Source of the DNA: Mytilus edulis
Lineage: Eukaryota
Assembly (NCBI RefSeq): GCF_963676685.1
Contig: NC_092355.1
Span: 17,546,001 to 17,610,000 of the forward strand
Direction of reading: 5' to 3'
Length of the DNA: 64,000 nt
Part shown: in pieces, positions 28,072 through 41,069 of the stretch
How positions within the stretch are numbered: the first letter of the stretch is position 1
Layout of the letters: each line of letters starts with the position of its first letter
Position numbers and translations under genes: made by a program
Notes under the pieces: generated by a model
Told to the model about the DNA's origin: nothing
The model's database searches: none
Seen by the model: only the letters and a program-made list of their open reading frames with translations

Positions 28072-28113
28072 CGTCACTGATGAGTCATTTGTAGACAAAA
28101 CGCATGTCTGGCG
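28072..28113 (+). ncRNA. Minimal type I hammerhead ribozyme, core mutated
   Basis: CGTCA-CTGATGA-GTCATTTGTAGAC-AAAA-CGCATGTC-TGGCG; GAAA changed to AAAA and the stem III palindrome is broken. Confidence 0.65.
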
Positions 28114-28429
28114 TTAATATAAAATTTCAATCCTGGTATCTATGATGAGTTTATTAACACCCACTGGGTCGATGCCACTGCTGGTGTAGATTTATTTCCC
28201 CGAGGGTATCACCAGCCACATAGTTAGCGCTGCTGTGTTGACTTGCGTTATCATTGATTATAATTATAAATCAACTGTTAACAAAACTTTGAATTTTTGA
28301 AATACTAAGGCTTCTATATATTAGGAATAAATTACCTTAGCTGTATTTGGCAAACCTTTTAGGAATTGTGGTCCTCAATGCCCTACAACTTCGTACTTTA
28401 TTTGGCCTTTATAACATTTTGGATTCGAG

Positions 28430-28471
28430 CGTCACTGATGAGTCGTTTGTAGAGGAAACGCGCGTCTGGCG
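28430..28471 (+). ncRNA. Minimal type I hammerhead ribozyme
   Basis: CGTCA-CTGATGA-GTCGTTTGTAGAG-GAAA-C-GCGC-GTC-TGGCG; core intact, stem I CGUCA/UGGCG, closing pair of stem II mismatched. Confidence 0.8.
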
Positions 28472-29479
28472 TTAATATAAAATTTCAATCCTGGTATCTA
28501 TGATGAGTTTATTCATAGAACTTTGTTCTTGTTATAAACAATCGAAGGATGCTATTTGCGCTGCAATATCTCAATTTAACATTCTTTTAGGTGTTCCAGT
28601 ATTCTCCCGACTCTGAGTAAGTGTGCATGTTGCTGCTTATTCCTACGTTTTCTGTTCAATGCTTTATAGAATGATGTAAGTCTTTTCTTTCTGATTGGCT
28701 ATGGTGCTGTCTTTTTTTCTAAGACTTTATAATTCTGATTGTCCTCTTTGTACCTTATGTCTCTGTTCTTAACTAAAATTATTGTGTCCTATTGGTGATA
28801 ATGTCCTAAACTTTGTTGCTGTTGCATTTTTACTCTTTTATAATATTTTGTCTTACTACCAAGAATTATGCGTGCGTTTAATGTGATATAAACATATACG
28901 AACGTATCGTGTTTTTCTAAAAACTTATTTGTAATTTATCGAAAATAAAACAAGGACGACTTATACTTAAAAATACCAGTTACTAACATGTGCAACTACA
29001 CAGTTTGAAAAGCGTCAACATTCTTAGGAATTAAAGTAATGCTACTTGATTAGATAAGTTTTGGTTAAAAGAGATTGATTCAAAATGAAGCAGCTTCCCA
29101 AATTTGGACAACGTATTTCAAATATCATTATCTATGATCTATTCAAAACAGTGGTAATACATATTTAATCAATGATAATCTATGAATTTAAAATTGATAT
29201 ATTTCAATTGTGTTTTGATTTTGTTTTTGTGTCATATTTATTACAAATGTATATAAGCTGCACAACTCTTTATAAAACAAGAATAAATAATTATTAATCA
29301 AATTAGAATATGATGTTCCGTGATAAAGACAATGGTTTGGTTATATTTGGTTTTTTCATCTCATTGAATAAAAACTTCTAACATTTTATAATTATCTGAG
29401 AATATGTGCGTAAACAGGGTAAATGATGAAAACAATAAATTACAAAGAAGTTCGCAGTTAAAAGTTGAAAGTTCTTTTT

Positions 29480-31167
29480 TCAAGACACATCATATAGAAA
29501 TGCGGACTTGTTTTTATTTGCAACTAACAACTTGTTACTTGTTGGTTTGAAATGCAATCCACGCGGAATATATAGGCCATCACGAGAGGACAATATTGCT
29601 CTGCAACGCTTTCCATCAGGGGTAATGATGACAACGCTATTTGTATCCATACTGACAACATACACGTTTCCATTGTTGTCTACAGATATACCCTGTGGAT
29701 GTTGAAGATTTTGTGTATCCTTAAATTCCCATTTAAGATTTCTGTGGATATCATAGCAGGTTACAGAATGTTTGTCTCTATTTGTATTATAAATATTGTC
29801 ACCATGCATTTGAACACACGAATGGGATGGCATTCTAAATTGAACAAGTGGCTTTTCTGATGCACCATTCAATTGAACTTCCATTATTCCTTTGCCTGAT
29901 TTACAGTATACCAGGACATTTTTATTCGTTGCTATACCATATGGATGTTCACTACTTTGTATAGTTCTCTTGATCGTTCTGCTGTTAGGGTCAATAATAT
30001 AAATCATATTTCCAAGATAGCCACTGGTAACGGCAATATAATTTTCTCTTTCAAAATATGCCAAATCAAATGCGCGTGTATCTAGCCCAATTTCAAACTC
30101 ATGCGTACCGTTGCTTTTCAACCCAATCAAATTTCGATTATTATTATCACAGAACATCATCTTTCCATTTGGTAGAATTGCGCAACCTCTTACATCCCCA
30201 GCAGATTGTAAATTGATTTGCATTTTGTTGTTTAGTTTGATATTATCAATGCATTTTGAATTAAAATAGGTACCATCATTTGAGCTTGTTTGTTTTTGTT
30301 ACTGCCAATCACAATTTTGCACGACTTTGACTCAACACTGACGGACCCAAAACTAGCAGTTTTGCAAATGTTTTGTACTTCTTTATCAATAACCAAAGTA
30401 AGGGTTTTTATTTTCATGTCCTCGCTTTTCATGACAGACTCAATAATCTCTTCTTTGTCCAAAACCTCCCTTTCGAAGTGCTTTAATCCTAAAAATGTTT
30501 GTAATTCTGATGCATGTTGTTTGGTGGTACTTTGGTCATCCTGTAGGTCCAAAATTCCCTTTTCGATCTCCCCAATCTCAGACAACAACTGCTTAATTCT
30601 CTTACTTTCATTTTCTTCATTATCATATAATATTTTTATGATCTTCTCTTGCACTTTGTCTAAATGGTCGTTGATCGTTTTTCGGGTTTGGTTTATATCA
30701 CGTTCAATCTTTACCCTCTGATCCTGTAGACATTTTAAATTTTCTGTGCGGTCATTCCGAACTTTTCGTACATTTTCCAACATTTGGACTAGTATTTGCT
30801 CTACCTCCAGAAATGCATTCGATGATTTGACATTTTGGACGATATCATCTATTGCTGTTAAATCTTTACACTCATTATGCTTCTCTATAACACATCTTCT
30901 ACAACATGGGCAATCATGTTTCTTACAGAATGTTTGATAGTGTTCTTTGTGTTTTTGACATGTTTGTGTTATCTCTAACACATGTGATGGTAGCTTCTGA
31001 TATTCTGTAATGGAAATAGTGTCATGGTTCCTAGTTGATTTTGATGCCCCATGGTGCTCTCTACACTCGCCACAAAGTCCCTCGTCACATTCTGAACACC
31101 ATACAACCGAGGATTGCTTTATGTTCCGGAAGTCACAGACACCACACATAATCCAAGTACTAGCCAT
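29480..31167 (-). pseudogene. TRIM-like copy 3 with a single 1-bp frameshift (pseudogene, split gene or sequencing error)
   Basis: ORFs 30232-31386 (MASTW at 31167) and 29480-30223 together give the full protein. ttttgaattaaaat at ~30254-30267 versus ttttgaaattaaaat in copy 1; span 1688 nt versus 1689 nt. Confidence 0.85.
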
Positions 31168-32084
31168 ACTACAAAACATTATTATATATGCTTTCAACTC
31201 TATAATTTTAAAAGTACATAACAGGACCATATTGCTATTTATGATCATAACATTTCGTTTGATAACTATATCATTTTCATACATTAACCTACCGCCTGCA
31301 CTGATAAATTTGCAAGAAACGATAGTTTTTCTATCGACTGATTGTCTTTTACTTACATGATATCCAGTGACTAATATTTGATTCATATTCAGGACGAAAA
31401 TTAACTAACAAGTGGTAAAAAAGTGAGGTTCAAAAATGTTGATCAACCGGGATTAATTACAGTTGTATTGGCTGCCTCTTGAAAATGAATGTATGTTGAC
31501 AGGAATAGACATACAAGTTTTATAGTCGGACGAAATTAACCAAGGGGATCGTCATATTTCTGTAACCCAGTCATCTCTTTGGTCGAGCATGCCTGATTGC
31601 AAACAGTTAGGAAATGAATGAAGTCTTTATTGATGTGAATTTATGTGCCGTTTTCAAGAGAACATATCTGGTTTTTAATTGGTTTCATGTTACTCAGTTT
31701 TTAGTTTTCTGTGTTGTGTTGTTTTGTTTATTTTTGTTTTTGTTTTTTTTTTTGTTTTTTTTTTTTGTTTTGTTATGTTTTGTGCCATGATGCTGTGATG
31801 TCAGTTTATTTTCGTCTTATGCGTTCAAGTGTCCCTTTAGTATATTTCATTCTCTTTTTGTATAAACAGCGGAATGGTTTATAATGCGTTTACTTTTCTA
31901 CATTGACTAAAAGGTATAGGGGGAGGGTTGAGATTCCATAAACATGTTTAACCCCTCCGCATTTTTGCGCCTGTCCCAAGTCAGGAGCCTCTGTCCTTTG
32001 TTAGTCTTGTATTATTTTTAATTTTAGTTTCTTGTGTACAATTTAGAGTTTCGAATGACGTCCATTATCACTGAACTAGTTATT

Positions 32085-32237
32085 CACATACCTTTACTTT
32101 GCAAATTCGACAACTTTAAATATCCTTGATTAATTTTGTATCCGCCCCATAATTGATACTCTTCTAAAACATTAGATAACGTATATGGCTACATTATATG
32201 TAGTATCATAATTTAATAGATATCAGAATAGATTATA
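32085..32237 (-). promoter_or_regulatory. Candidate leader exon/promoter block upstream of copy 3
   Basis: cacatacctttacttt and tccgccccataat are shared with 22058-22125 and 63611-63680; homology continues to ~33100. Confidence 0.4.
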
Positions 32238-32460
32238 AAATTGAGAATGGAAATGGGGAATGTACCAAAGAGACAACAACCCGACCATAGACAAAAACAA
32301 CAGCAGAAGGTCACCAACAGGTCTTCAATGTAGCGAGAAATTCCCGCACCCGGAGGCGTCCTTCAACTGGCCCCTAAACAAATATATACTAGTTCAGTGA
32401 TAATGAACGCCATACTAATTTCCCAATTGTACACAAGAAACTAAAATTGAAATAATACAA
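32238..32460 (-). mobile_element. 5'-truncated R1 retroposon with 7-bp TSD
   Basis: gattata at 32231-32237 and 32461-32467; empty site gaatagattatatttt at ~22194-22210. Confidence 0.8.
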
Positions 32461-33454
32461 GATTATATGTTTGTGATCTGAATTGAGTGTATCTGACCTC
32501 TAAATTTATTTTTAACTTTTAAATCTTTTTTCTTTTATCTAGCAATGATGATAGGCATTGGATGATGTATTCAACTCTCCCGATCATCAAGATATTCTGT
32601 TTTTTTAATGAATAAGTTTTTTTTTAACAGCCTTATATTCGTGTTATTCTTTTATGATTTCTGGAGAGAGAGAAAAAACGGAGAAAAATAACAATAACAC
32701 ATTGCAGTTATTTTTGAGAGTCGATAAATTTTAGGTTTTTTTTAAGCGGCCTTCCAAATTGCCGGTTTTTTCATAATGTTGCAAACGTTTTAGAAATACA
32801 ATACAGTTGAAATAAGTGACAAGTGTAACGATTTTAGTCAGGTTTTTAATAACCTTTATCAAATATCTTATCCTGATGTCATTAACTGAAGCTTTTTAGA
32901 GATTTTTCACTAGACTCCAAACATAACTATACTGAGATTACTCTCAATTTGTTTAGGGGTACTGTTTTGTAAACTTGTTTGGTCTGCTAGCGAATTTTCG
33001 TGTATTGTCATGGAATTGTCATATTTACTTAAGTTGAGAGTTTCGAATATCACCTTTATTTGCTCAACCTCTTTTACAATATGATAAGTAGCATATTACT
33101 TTCAATTTTATTTCATACAAAATATAAAAAAAACACATAGAATATAATTGATCATTTTGAAAATGTACCATGCTATGCGTAAACTATTCATTGAAGAGTA
33201 GCGCGCTATTTAAAAGGTATTTAAAATTGTTCAAACGTTTTGAAATCATAGTAGTTAGCTAGAATTTCATTTATTCAAACACTGAATTAATGCATGGAAT
33301 ATATGAAGGAAACAAGCAAATAGTGAGATATTCGAATATATTGCATATATCAAAAGTGTCCAAAATATAATTGGTAGTTGACTACAGTTTCCGACATATG
33401 ACTTATGACATATATTTTTTTGGAACAATACTTATTAATGATTTGATATACAAA

Positions 33455-34010
33455 AAAAAGAAGTGGTATGATCGCCAATGAAACAACTCTCCACAAAAGA
33501 CCAAAATGACACAGAAATTAACAACTATAGGTCACCGTACGGCCTTCAACAATGAGTAAAGCCGATACCGCATAGTCAGCTATTAAAGGCCCCGAAATGA
33601 CAATGTAAAATCATTCAAACGAGAAAACTAACGGCCTTATTCATATAAAAAAAAAAATGAACGAAAAACAAATATGTAAGACTTAATCCAACGGCAACAA
33701 CCGAGTTACAAACTCCTGGCTTGGGACAGATACAAACATACATAATTTGGCGGGGTTAAACGTGTTGGCGGGATCCCAACCCTCCCCTAACATGGGAAAG
33801 TGGTATAACAGTACAACATACAAACAAACAATACAAATCACTTGAAAAAAGCTTAACTCATCATATGGACACAAATCCAAGTGGACGTTGCCGGGTATTT
33901 TTACGTTTCAACAACAAAGAAACACTAGGAACATATCTGAGAGTTCTTGCAGTTAACTGATAGATAGTTCAAAGCCAATAACAATTAATAAAAAAAATCA
34001 TGCATCCAAG
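33455..34010 (-). mobile_element. Short retroposon, family R2
   Basis: gtggtatgatcgccaatgaaacaactctccac head shared with 41080-41120, 48712-48750 and 7515-7655. Confidence 0.65.
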
Positions 34011-36139
34011 ATGTACGAAAGTCATTTCATCAGTTCCATAATATTCAAGGCAACATATCAAAAAAAAACCCTAGGCTAAAGAAATCATTTAAACAGGGTT
34101 CTCATATATAGTGCTCTGACTGTAAGGTTAAATCTACAGAAAGCCCCTTAAACAACAAAACACAGGGGATGAACATGTTTATTATGATTACTTTCTGCCA
34201 ATCTTCAATTCAATATTACATGACGGAAACCCCAATACATTCAGGAGGGGCCTCGGGGGTAAGTAGTTACTACTGTAATCGCTAGCAAGTCAACACTGAG
34301 GTCGTGAGTTAGAATCCTGCTTGTGTGGGTGCACCCGAATCCAATCTTAATTGACTATAAATAGCTAGGATTGTCAGTTTTCCTGTCGAATTACATGGCT
34401 TCCTCCACCAATAAAAACTGACCTCCTCGATATAGCCTAAATACGGTGCCTTAAAGTGGCGTTAAAACACCTAATATATATACATTGAGAAGTTTGGTGG
34501 TGAAAAATTTCTGCATGAGTCACAGATGACAATGATTCTTTTTTTAATGAATATAGCCAAGTTAATTTATTTTTTTTAGTTCAAATTTGTTTTTATTTGT
34601 CGTCGTTTAAAAAAATGTCCACTGCAAACTGGACTGTTTGTAATCGGCGAACTAATTATAATTAGTCATTTACTGGACAAAATTAACACAAATGGTAATT
34701 TAAAAATTAAATTAGAGTTTATACATATTTGATAAATTCCTAGGGTATGTACTTTCCCTGGTTTTATTTTCATTAATGATAAGGTCAGCTTTCCATCTTG
34801 GCAGCTTGGCAGTTTGGTTTTAATTAAGAGATTAAGGGATATGTATTAGATCATAGATAGGAAACAGCAGGATGACAGCATGGATGTTATCAGAGAAACA
34901 TCTGTATATAATTTTGATAGGATGGTCAGTTGTTGTTTGAGCATGGCACTGTAAGCAGTCATATTTGTACTTGTGGAAAATTTATTCACTTTTCATTTTC
35001 TTGAAAGTGGCTATATTAGTTTTTGATGCAAATCAAACCGAAACTTTTAAACACGTTAAATGGTACATTTGGAGCGTCTTTGTATTGAAGTTGATGTTTG
35101 TAACATGGATATTATATTTGTACCTGATTCTAAAGATGCTGTTAATTATTCATTTCATTATCAACTTTATAGTTAGCTGTTAGTTAATGTGTTTGCTTCT
35201 CAGTAGCTATTTGGTCGGGGATTAACTGAGCAGTTAATAACAGCACCGTTAAATGCAAGGAAATGTGTCAAGCAGAATATTCCTTTTCAAGACTTTATTA
35301 CCAATAATGACAATATAATCGAAATGGAGGACATATTCCGTTTTTAGCAGATAAATTCAAGCTACACCTTATATGGTAGTGCACGATCCCACATGCATCA
35401 GTTAGTACACAGAGGACCACGTGGTTTCTAATTCCACTTCTTTCACAGTGACCTTTTTATTAATGGACAGAAGATTTAACTAACTGGGCGTCCATATTTT
35501 TCTTCACCCTTGCTTCAGTGGAAATGTTATGTTTCATCACCGAACGGAAGTTAGTAATCATCTTAATTCTTATAAGTTTCTGAAAATACTTGACAGAACA
35601 TAAAGCAGCCGATTTTTCTACTTTCACTTCAACCGGAAGTCTACGATGTGACATGTCAACAATTGGAGAAATTTATCCCTACTACATACATATGAAGGAT
35701 ACGCAGCCTCCTTTAGGAATTCTATATCAGAGACTGCAGCTAGTAGAAAACCAGGAAGTTTGTGGTGTTCGGAATACAAGGTGATATGCAACTGAAATCA
35801 CTGCCTTTCTCCCCAACTGAGGAGACATTACAGCAGGTACGAACTCCTTATACTCAACCCTTATTATGCCGGGTCTGAAAAAATATTTACATGGGGGCTA
35901 TTCATTTCATTCATCCCTAGGCTAACTAGGTTTTCATCAAGTAATTATAGAAGTGTTTTATTAATATTTACTTTGTTAGTATATTATTTATCTTATAGGA
36001 GGGATCATGTAGATATATATATGACCACTTATTACCCAGGTATGGGTTTCTACGAATATTACTATTGTTAATGTGCAGCTCGTATGCTTCTGTACTATAT
36101 AGCAGCAGAGTGGTCTATTAGAAACACTACTCTTAGGTT

Positions 36140-36228
36140 GGGAAATTTGTAATATTTTCAAGGTATCAGAGGATGCGCAGCTATGAGATATTGCAATAGT
36201 CATAATTGTTCGATTTGTAAAGGGGAAA
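36140..36228 (+). pseudogene. Cys/His zinc-finger remnant of Ngaro ORF1 (gag-like)
   Basis: Across one frameshift it reads EICNIF..IRGCAAMRYCNSHNCSICKGE. Confidence 0.45.
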
Positions 36229-37420
36229 TATATATATGTTGTACTTACTTAAAACCGAGACCATATGAGCCCCAGAGTATCAGATCTGGCAACTTGAAGA
36301 CATTTTAGATCCCCATGTCAGTTTAGACTTCAGTTTCCACTTTAAAACTAACAGTTTATCAGAGTATTTGAATGACCATCCCTACTATGGATTTTTAGGT
36401 AGTTGAATTGATGGATTAATAGCAGGTTTTCATGCAGGATGGCCACTGAACGGTAAGCAACCAACAATCTATTAATCAATCATGCAGGGTTGAGTGCCTT
36501 ACCGTCTAGCCCAAGTTTTGTTTAAATCTACCTGAGGATTCTCATCTAAACACTCGTGTTTTATCAACCACAGGTGTTCTGCACATGTATATTTTAATGC
36601 TCACCTATCAGGGTCCTTCCATAGGTTGCAGATTTTCACCTGTCTGGGTACTGGATATTGCATGTTTATAACTGTCAGGGTTATACCACATTTTCAAAGT
36701 TTTTACCTGTCTGGATTTAGCACAGGTTCATATATTGTTTTCACCTGTTTAGGTTGGACCAGATGTTTATAAGACATGATACTGCTTTAGTTTTATATTT
36801 CAGCAGGAATCTGGGACTATTATAGTATAATAGTCCCAGCTGGAATGCTGTTTATGGTTCTCAAGGAATGATAGTAGGTGAAATTGTAACTATAAATCCG
36901 CCTAAGGAGTGTTAGATGACTTGTCAGTTCCAGCGAACTCAAAGTTACGGTATTTGCCAGATGCAGCTGTTCAACATTCATATATCCAGTGAACAGTCGG
37001 ACGTTAAGCAACCAGCAATCAATCAATCAATCAATCCAGTAACATTGTATCACAGTACGTACATTGCACATACATGTAGCACTGCTTGCAGACCTGCTCT
37101 ATTTTATATGCAGTCTCAAGAATTTTTACTTTTTTTTTTAGTCTTCTAAATGTTATTGTTTTGGGGTTGTTGTTTTTTTTTTTTTCACCTATCTGGGGTT
37201 TACCATATGTTATTATATGTCTCGCTTGTCAGGGTTTTACTACAGTATTCAAGTATTTTTACCTATCTGGGTTCTACCTCAGGTAATTGTTGTTTCACCT
37301 GTGGGTTCTACCACAGGTTTCTAGGCATCCTTATGTATAAGTTTTAGTTAGACTTATTATTCTGGCTTTCTATGTTTTAAAACATTTATGGTATGACTAG
37401 TTTAGAAGTATATAAATAGT

Positions 37421-38100
37421 GTGCCAATAATAGATGAAGATTGTTTAATTTATTTTGTAACCTATTGCAAGATTTCTCTTAAGCTAGCTCATGCTACAAC
37501 ATGTACAATTAAATTGTATTTAGCAGGGATTAGGCATAATAACTTAAGAATAGGGCATCCTGACCCTTTAACAAATTCGTTGACTTATGGTTGCAGTGCT
37601 CATTTTATCTAGCTTTTTGGATTTCTCCGATGTGGTGAATTTACGTACAGTAGTAAATTGCAAGGCAGGACACACTCTTAATTCAAAAATTTTATTTAGA
37701 CATAAAATTTTCTTAATTTCACATAACATCTGAATTCCTCAAAATGTGACCTATTTCGAGAAGGTATATTTTCAACCCAGTTGATTTGATGCGAAGATAT
37801 TTACATAACGAAAAAATTAGGGAGCTAGACCAGATTCCTAATTATTTGTTAGTGATGAGTATAATAACGCTCCTTTGTCTAGAGATACATTAATATCTCT
37901 GCTTAGAGATTTGCTGTTCAGATTAGGGTATAATGATAGTTAATTTTGTGGTCATTCTTTTCGAATTGGTGCTGCTACATCAGCAGCAGCAGCAGGGGTT
38001 GAGGATCACATTATTCAGACTTTAGGTAGATGGTCATTTGATTGATATAAATGTTACATTCGAACTGATCCAACAACTGTTTGCAAAGCACAAGCAGAAT
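37421..38100 (+). pseudogene. Decayed tyrosine recombinase of the Ngaro element
   Basis: TIKLYLAGIRH (ORF 37421), FGFLRCGEFT (~37616-37646), GHSFRIGAATSAAAAGVEDHIIQTLGRWS..Y..YIR (~37950-38063); stops, frameshifts and deletions present. Confidence 0.9.
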
Positions 38101-38461
38101 GTGTCGTTCCTAATTCTTATACATGTTTTGTTCTACATCAAAGGAGTCCTAGAACTACATTTTGTTCATTATTTTAGTATTGTAGTTATTTTATTTTGCG
38201 TGTTTTCATTTTCATACATGAAATTATATTCAAGTACTTATTCTTTTAATGGTACATGTATATTGAATTATTTTTATCTTTTATTTTAACTATATAGATA
38301 TATATATGTACCTGTATCATTTCTTGGGGGCTTTCACTCATGCTACTCGTTCAATTTGGCCTACTTAATTTCAGGGAAATTATTTTCCCCCAATTCATTC
38401 ATACATCTTATAAATTATTAAGGCTTTGTTTTATTTAAGGGTGATAATTAAGTTAGTTTTG

Positions 38462-39059
38462 GTACCGGTTGGGATCTACCGCAGGAATTCTCATTTTTCA
38501 AATTTATACCCGTCTGGGCTCTACCAGTCAGGTTCTAATAGTACCTGTTGGGATCTACCGCAGGAATTCTCATTTTTCAAAATTCATACTTGTCTGGGCT
38601 CTACCACTCAGGTTCTAAAAGTACCTGCTGGGATCTACCGCAGGAATTCTCAGTTTTCAAAATTCATACTTGTCTGGGCTCTACCACTCAGGTTCTAAAA
38701 GTACCTGCTGGGATCTACCGCAGGAATTCTCAGTTTTCAAAATTCATACTTGTCTGGGCTCTACCACTCAGGTTCTAAAAGTACCTGCTGGGATCTACCG
38801 CAGGAATTCTCAGTTTTCAAAATTCATACTTGTCTGGGCTCTACCACTCAGGTTCTAAAAGTACCTGCTGGGATCTACCGCAGGAATTCTCAGTTTTCAA
38901 AATTCATACTTGTCTGGGCTCTACCACTCAGGTTCTAAAAGTACCTGTTGGGATCTACCGCAGGTATTCTCATTTTTAATATTTATACCTGTCTGGGCTC
39001 TACCAGTCAGGTTCTAAAATAAATTTTTCACCTGTCAGGGCTCTACTGCAGGTTCTTAA
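38462..39059 (+). repeat. 80-bp tandem satellite, 7 units plus a half unit, in repeat B1
   Basis: Units start at 38462, 38541, 38621, 38701, 38781, 38861 and 38941; central units are identical. Confidence 0.95.
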
Positions 39060-39412
39060 AATTGCATAATTTAGGCAATTTATTTTCTAATTAATTTAGG
39101 TAGTGTTTTTCGATTTGGTTATTTTAATTAGTATTTTTGTAAGTTTTAATGAGTAGCCCCCTAGAAAGCCAAATGATACATTTATTATTATTTTCATATG
39201 TATTAAGTATAATAGATTTAGAATTGATTGTGAATATGATACTAGTATACTGTGTATACAATATGGTGTCTTAGTATATTAGTTTGTTAATAAAATTAGA
39301 ATAGTTATTATACAGTTTTGCATAAATATCAAGTATCCAGTATGGCAGGATAAATGTTCCATTCAAGTAGAACATTTCCTTTTCTACTCTTAGTATCTAT
39401 ATTAGTATAGAT

Positions 39413-39680
39413 AATGTGGTATGATGCATGAGACTAGTAATTTTCTATAGGAGACATCCTCTGTTCAATGTGGTATGGTATATGAGACTAGTTCTTGTCT
39501 ATAGGACTCATCTACTGTTCTTTGTTGTATGGTATATGAGACTTGTTAGGTTTTATTAGGGGACTACTACTGTTTCTATGTGGTATGGTATATGAGACCT
39601 GTCAGTGTTCTTTAGAAATATCTACTGTTCTATGTGGTATGGTATATGAGACTTGTCAGTGTTTTAAGGAGACATCTACG
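39413..39680 (+). repeat. ~49-bp degenerate minisatellite (tgtggtatggtatatgagact..) in B1; copy at ~41930-42197
   Basis: About 5 diverged units. Confidence 0.75.
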
Positions 39681-40249
39681 TTTCTGACAGGAATAGGTAT
39701 AAATGGTAATTTAAAAATTAAATTAGAGTTTATACATATTTGATAAATTCCTAGGGTATGTACTTTCCCTGGTTTTATTTTCATTAATAATAAGGTCAGC
39801 TTTCCATCTTGGCAGCTTGGCAGTTTGGTTTTAATTAAGAGATTAAGGGATATGTATTAGATCATAGATAGGAAGCAGCAGGATGACAGCATGGATGTTA
39901 TCAGAGAAACATCTGTATATAATTTTGATAGGATGGTCAGTTGTTGTTTGAGCATGGCACTGTAAGCAGTCATATTTGTACTTGTGGAAAATTTATTCAG
40001 CCCACCCACCGTTTCCCCAGCTGCACCTTAAAAATTTTAATAGTCATAGTTTAATGTCAGTTATTTTTTATATGTTTATTTAAAAGGGGCTACTCATAAC
40101 AATATGTGATTTGTTTGTTTTAGTTTTATGTTTTTCATTCAATTTGGCCTTCTTAATTTCAGGGAAATTATTTTCCCCCAATTCATTCATACATCTTATA
40201 AATTATTAAGGCTTTGTTTTATTTAAGGGTGATAATTAAGTTAGTTTTG

Positions 40250-40847
40250 GTACCGGTTGGGATCTACCGCAGGAATTCTCATTTTTCAAATTTATACCCG
40301 TCTGGGCTCTACCAGTCAGGTTCTAATAGTACCTGTTGGGATCTACCGCAGGAATTCTCATTTTTCAAAATTCATACTTGTCTGGGCTCTACCACTCAGG
40401 TTCTAAAAGTACCTGCTGGGATCTACCGCAGGAATTCTCAGTTTTCAAAATTCATACTTGTCTGGGCTCTACCACTCAGGTTCTAAAAGTACCTGCTGGG
40501 ATCTACCGCAGGAATTCTCAGTTTTCAAAATTCATACTTGTCTGGGCTCTACCACTCAGGTTCTAAAAGTACCTGCTGGGATCTACCGCAGGAATTCTCA
40601 GTTTTCAAAATTCATACTTGTCTGGGCTCTACCACTCAGGTTCTAAAAGTACCTGTTGGGATCTACCGCAGGAATTCTCAGTTTTCAAAATTCATACTTG
40701 TCTGGGCTCTACCACTCAGGTTCTAAAAGTACCTGTTGGGATCTACCGCAGGTATTCTCATTTTTAATATTTATACCTGTCTGGGCTCTACCAGTCAGGT
40801 TCTAAAATAAATTTTTCACCTGTCAGGGCTCTACTGCAGGTTCTTAA
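40250..40847 (+). repeat. 80-bp tandem satellite, 7 units plus a half unit, in repeat B2
   Basis: Same unit and same count as 38462-39059. Confidence 0.95.
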
Positions 40848-41069
40848 AATTGCATAATTTAGGCAATTTATTTTCTAACTAATTTAGGTAGTGTTTTTCG
40901 ATTTGGTTATTTTAATTAGTATTTTTGTAAGTTTTAATGAGTAGCCCCCTAGAAAGCCAAATGATACATTTATTATTATTTTCATATGTATTAAGTATAA
41001 TAGATTTAGAATTGATTGTGAATATGATACTAGTATACTGTGTATACAATATGGTGTCTTAGTATATTA

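Larger units (their letters stand above)
27900..28513 (+). mobile_element. Non-LTR retrozyme-like tandem repeat, about 1.7 copies of a 358-nt unit
   Basis: Direct repeat 27900-28155 / 28260-28513, one hammerhead motif per unit; predicted cleavage sites at 28108 and 28466. Confidence 0.8.

Noticed and set aside
30250-30275. Programmed ribosomal frameshift in copy 3
   Set aside because: No X-XXY-YYZ slippery heptamer or obvious stimulatory structure, and the paralogs are continuous.
38426-40726. 80-bp arrays as a CRISPR array or as repeated small ORFs
   Set aside because: Units are identical with no unique spacers, there are no cas genes, the context is eukaryotic, and the ORFs are frame-cycling products of the repeat.
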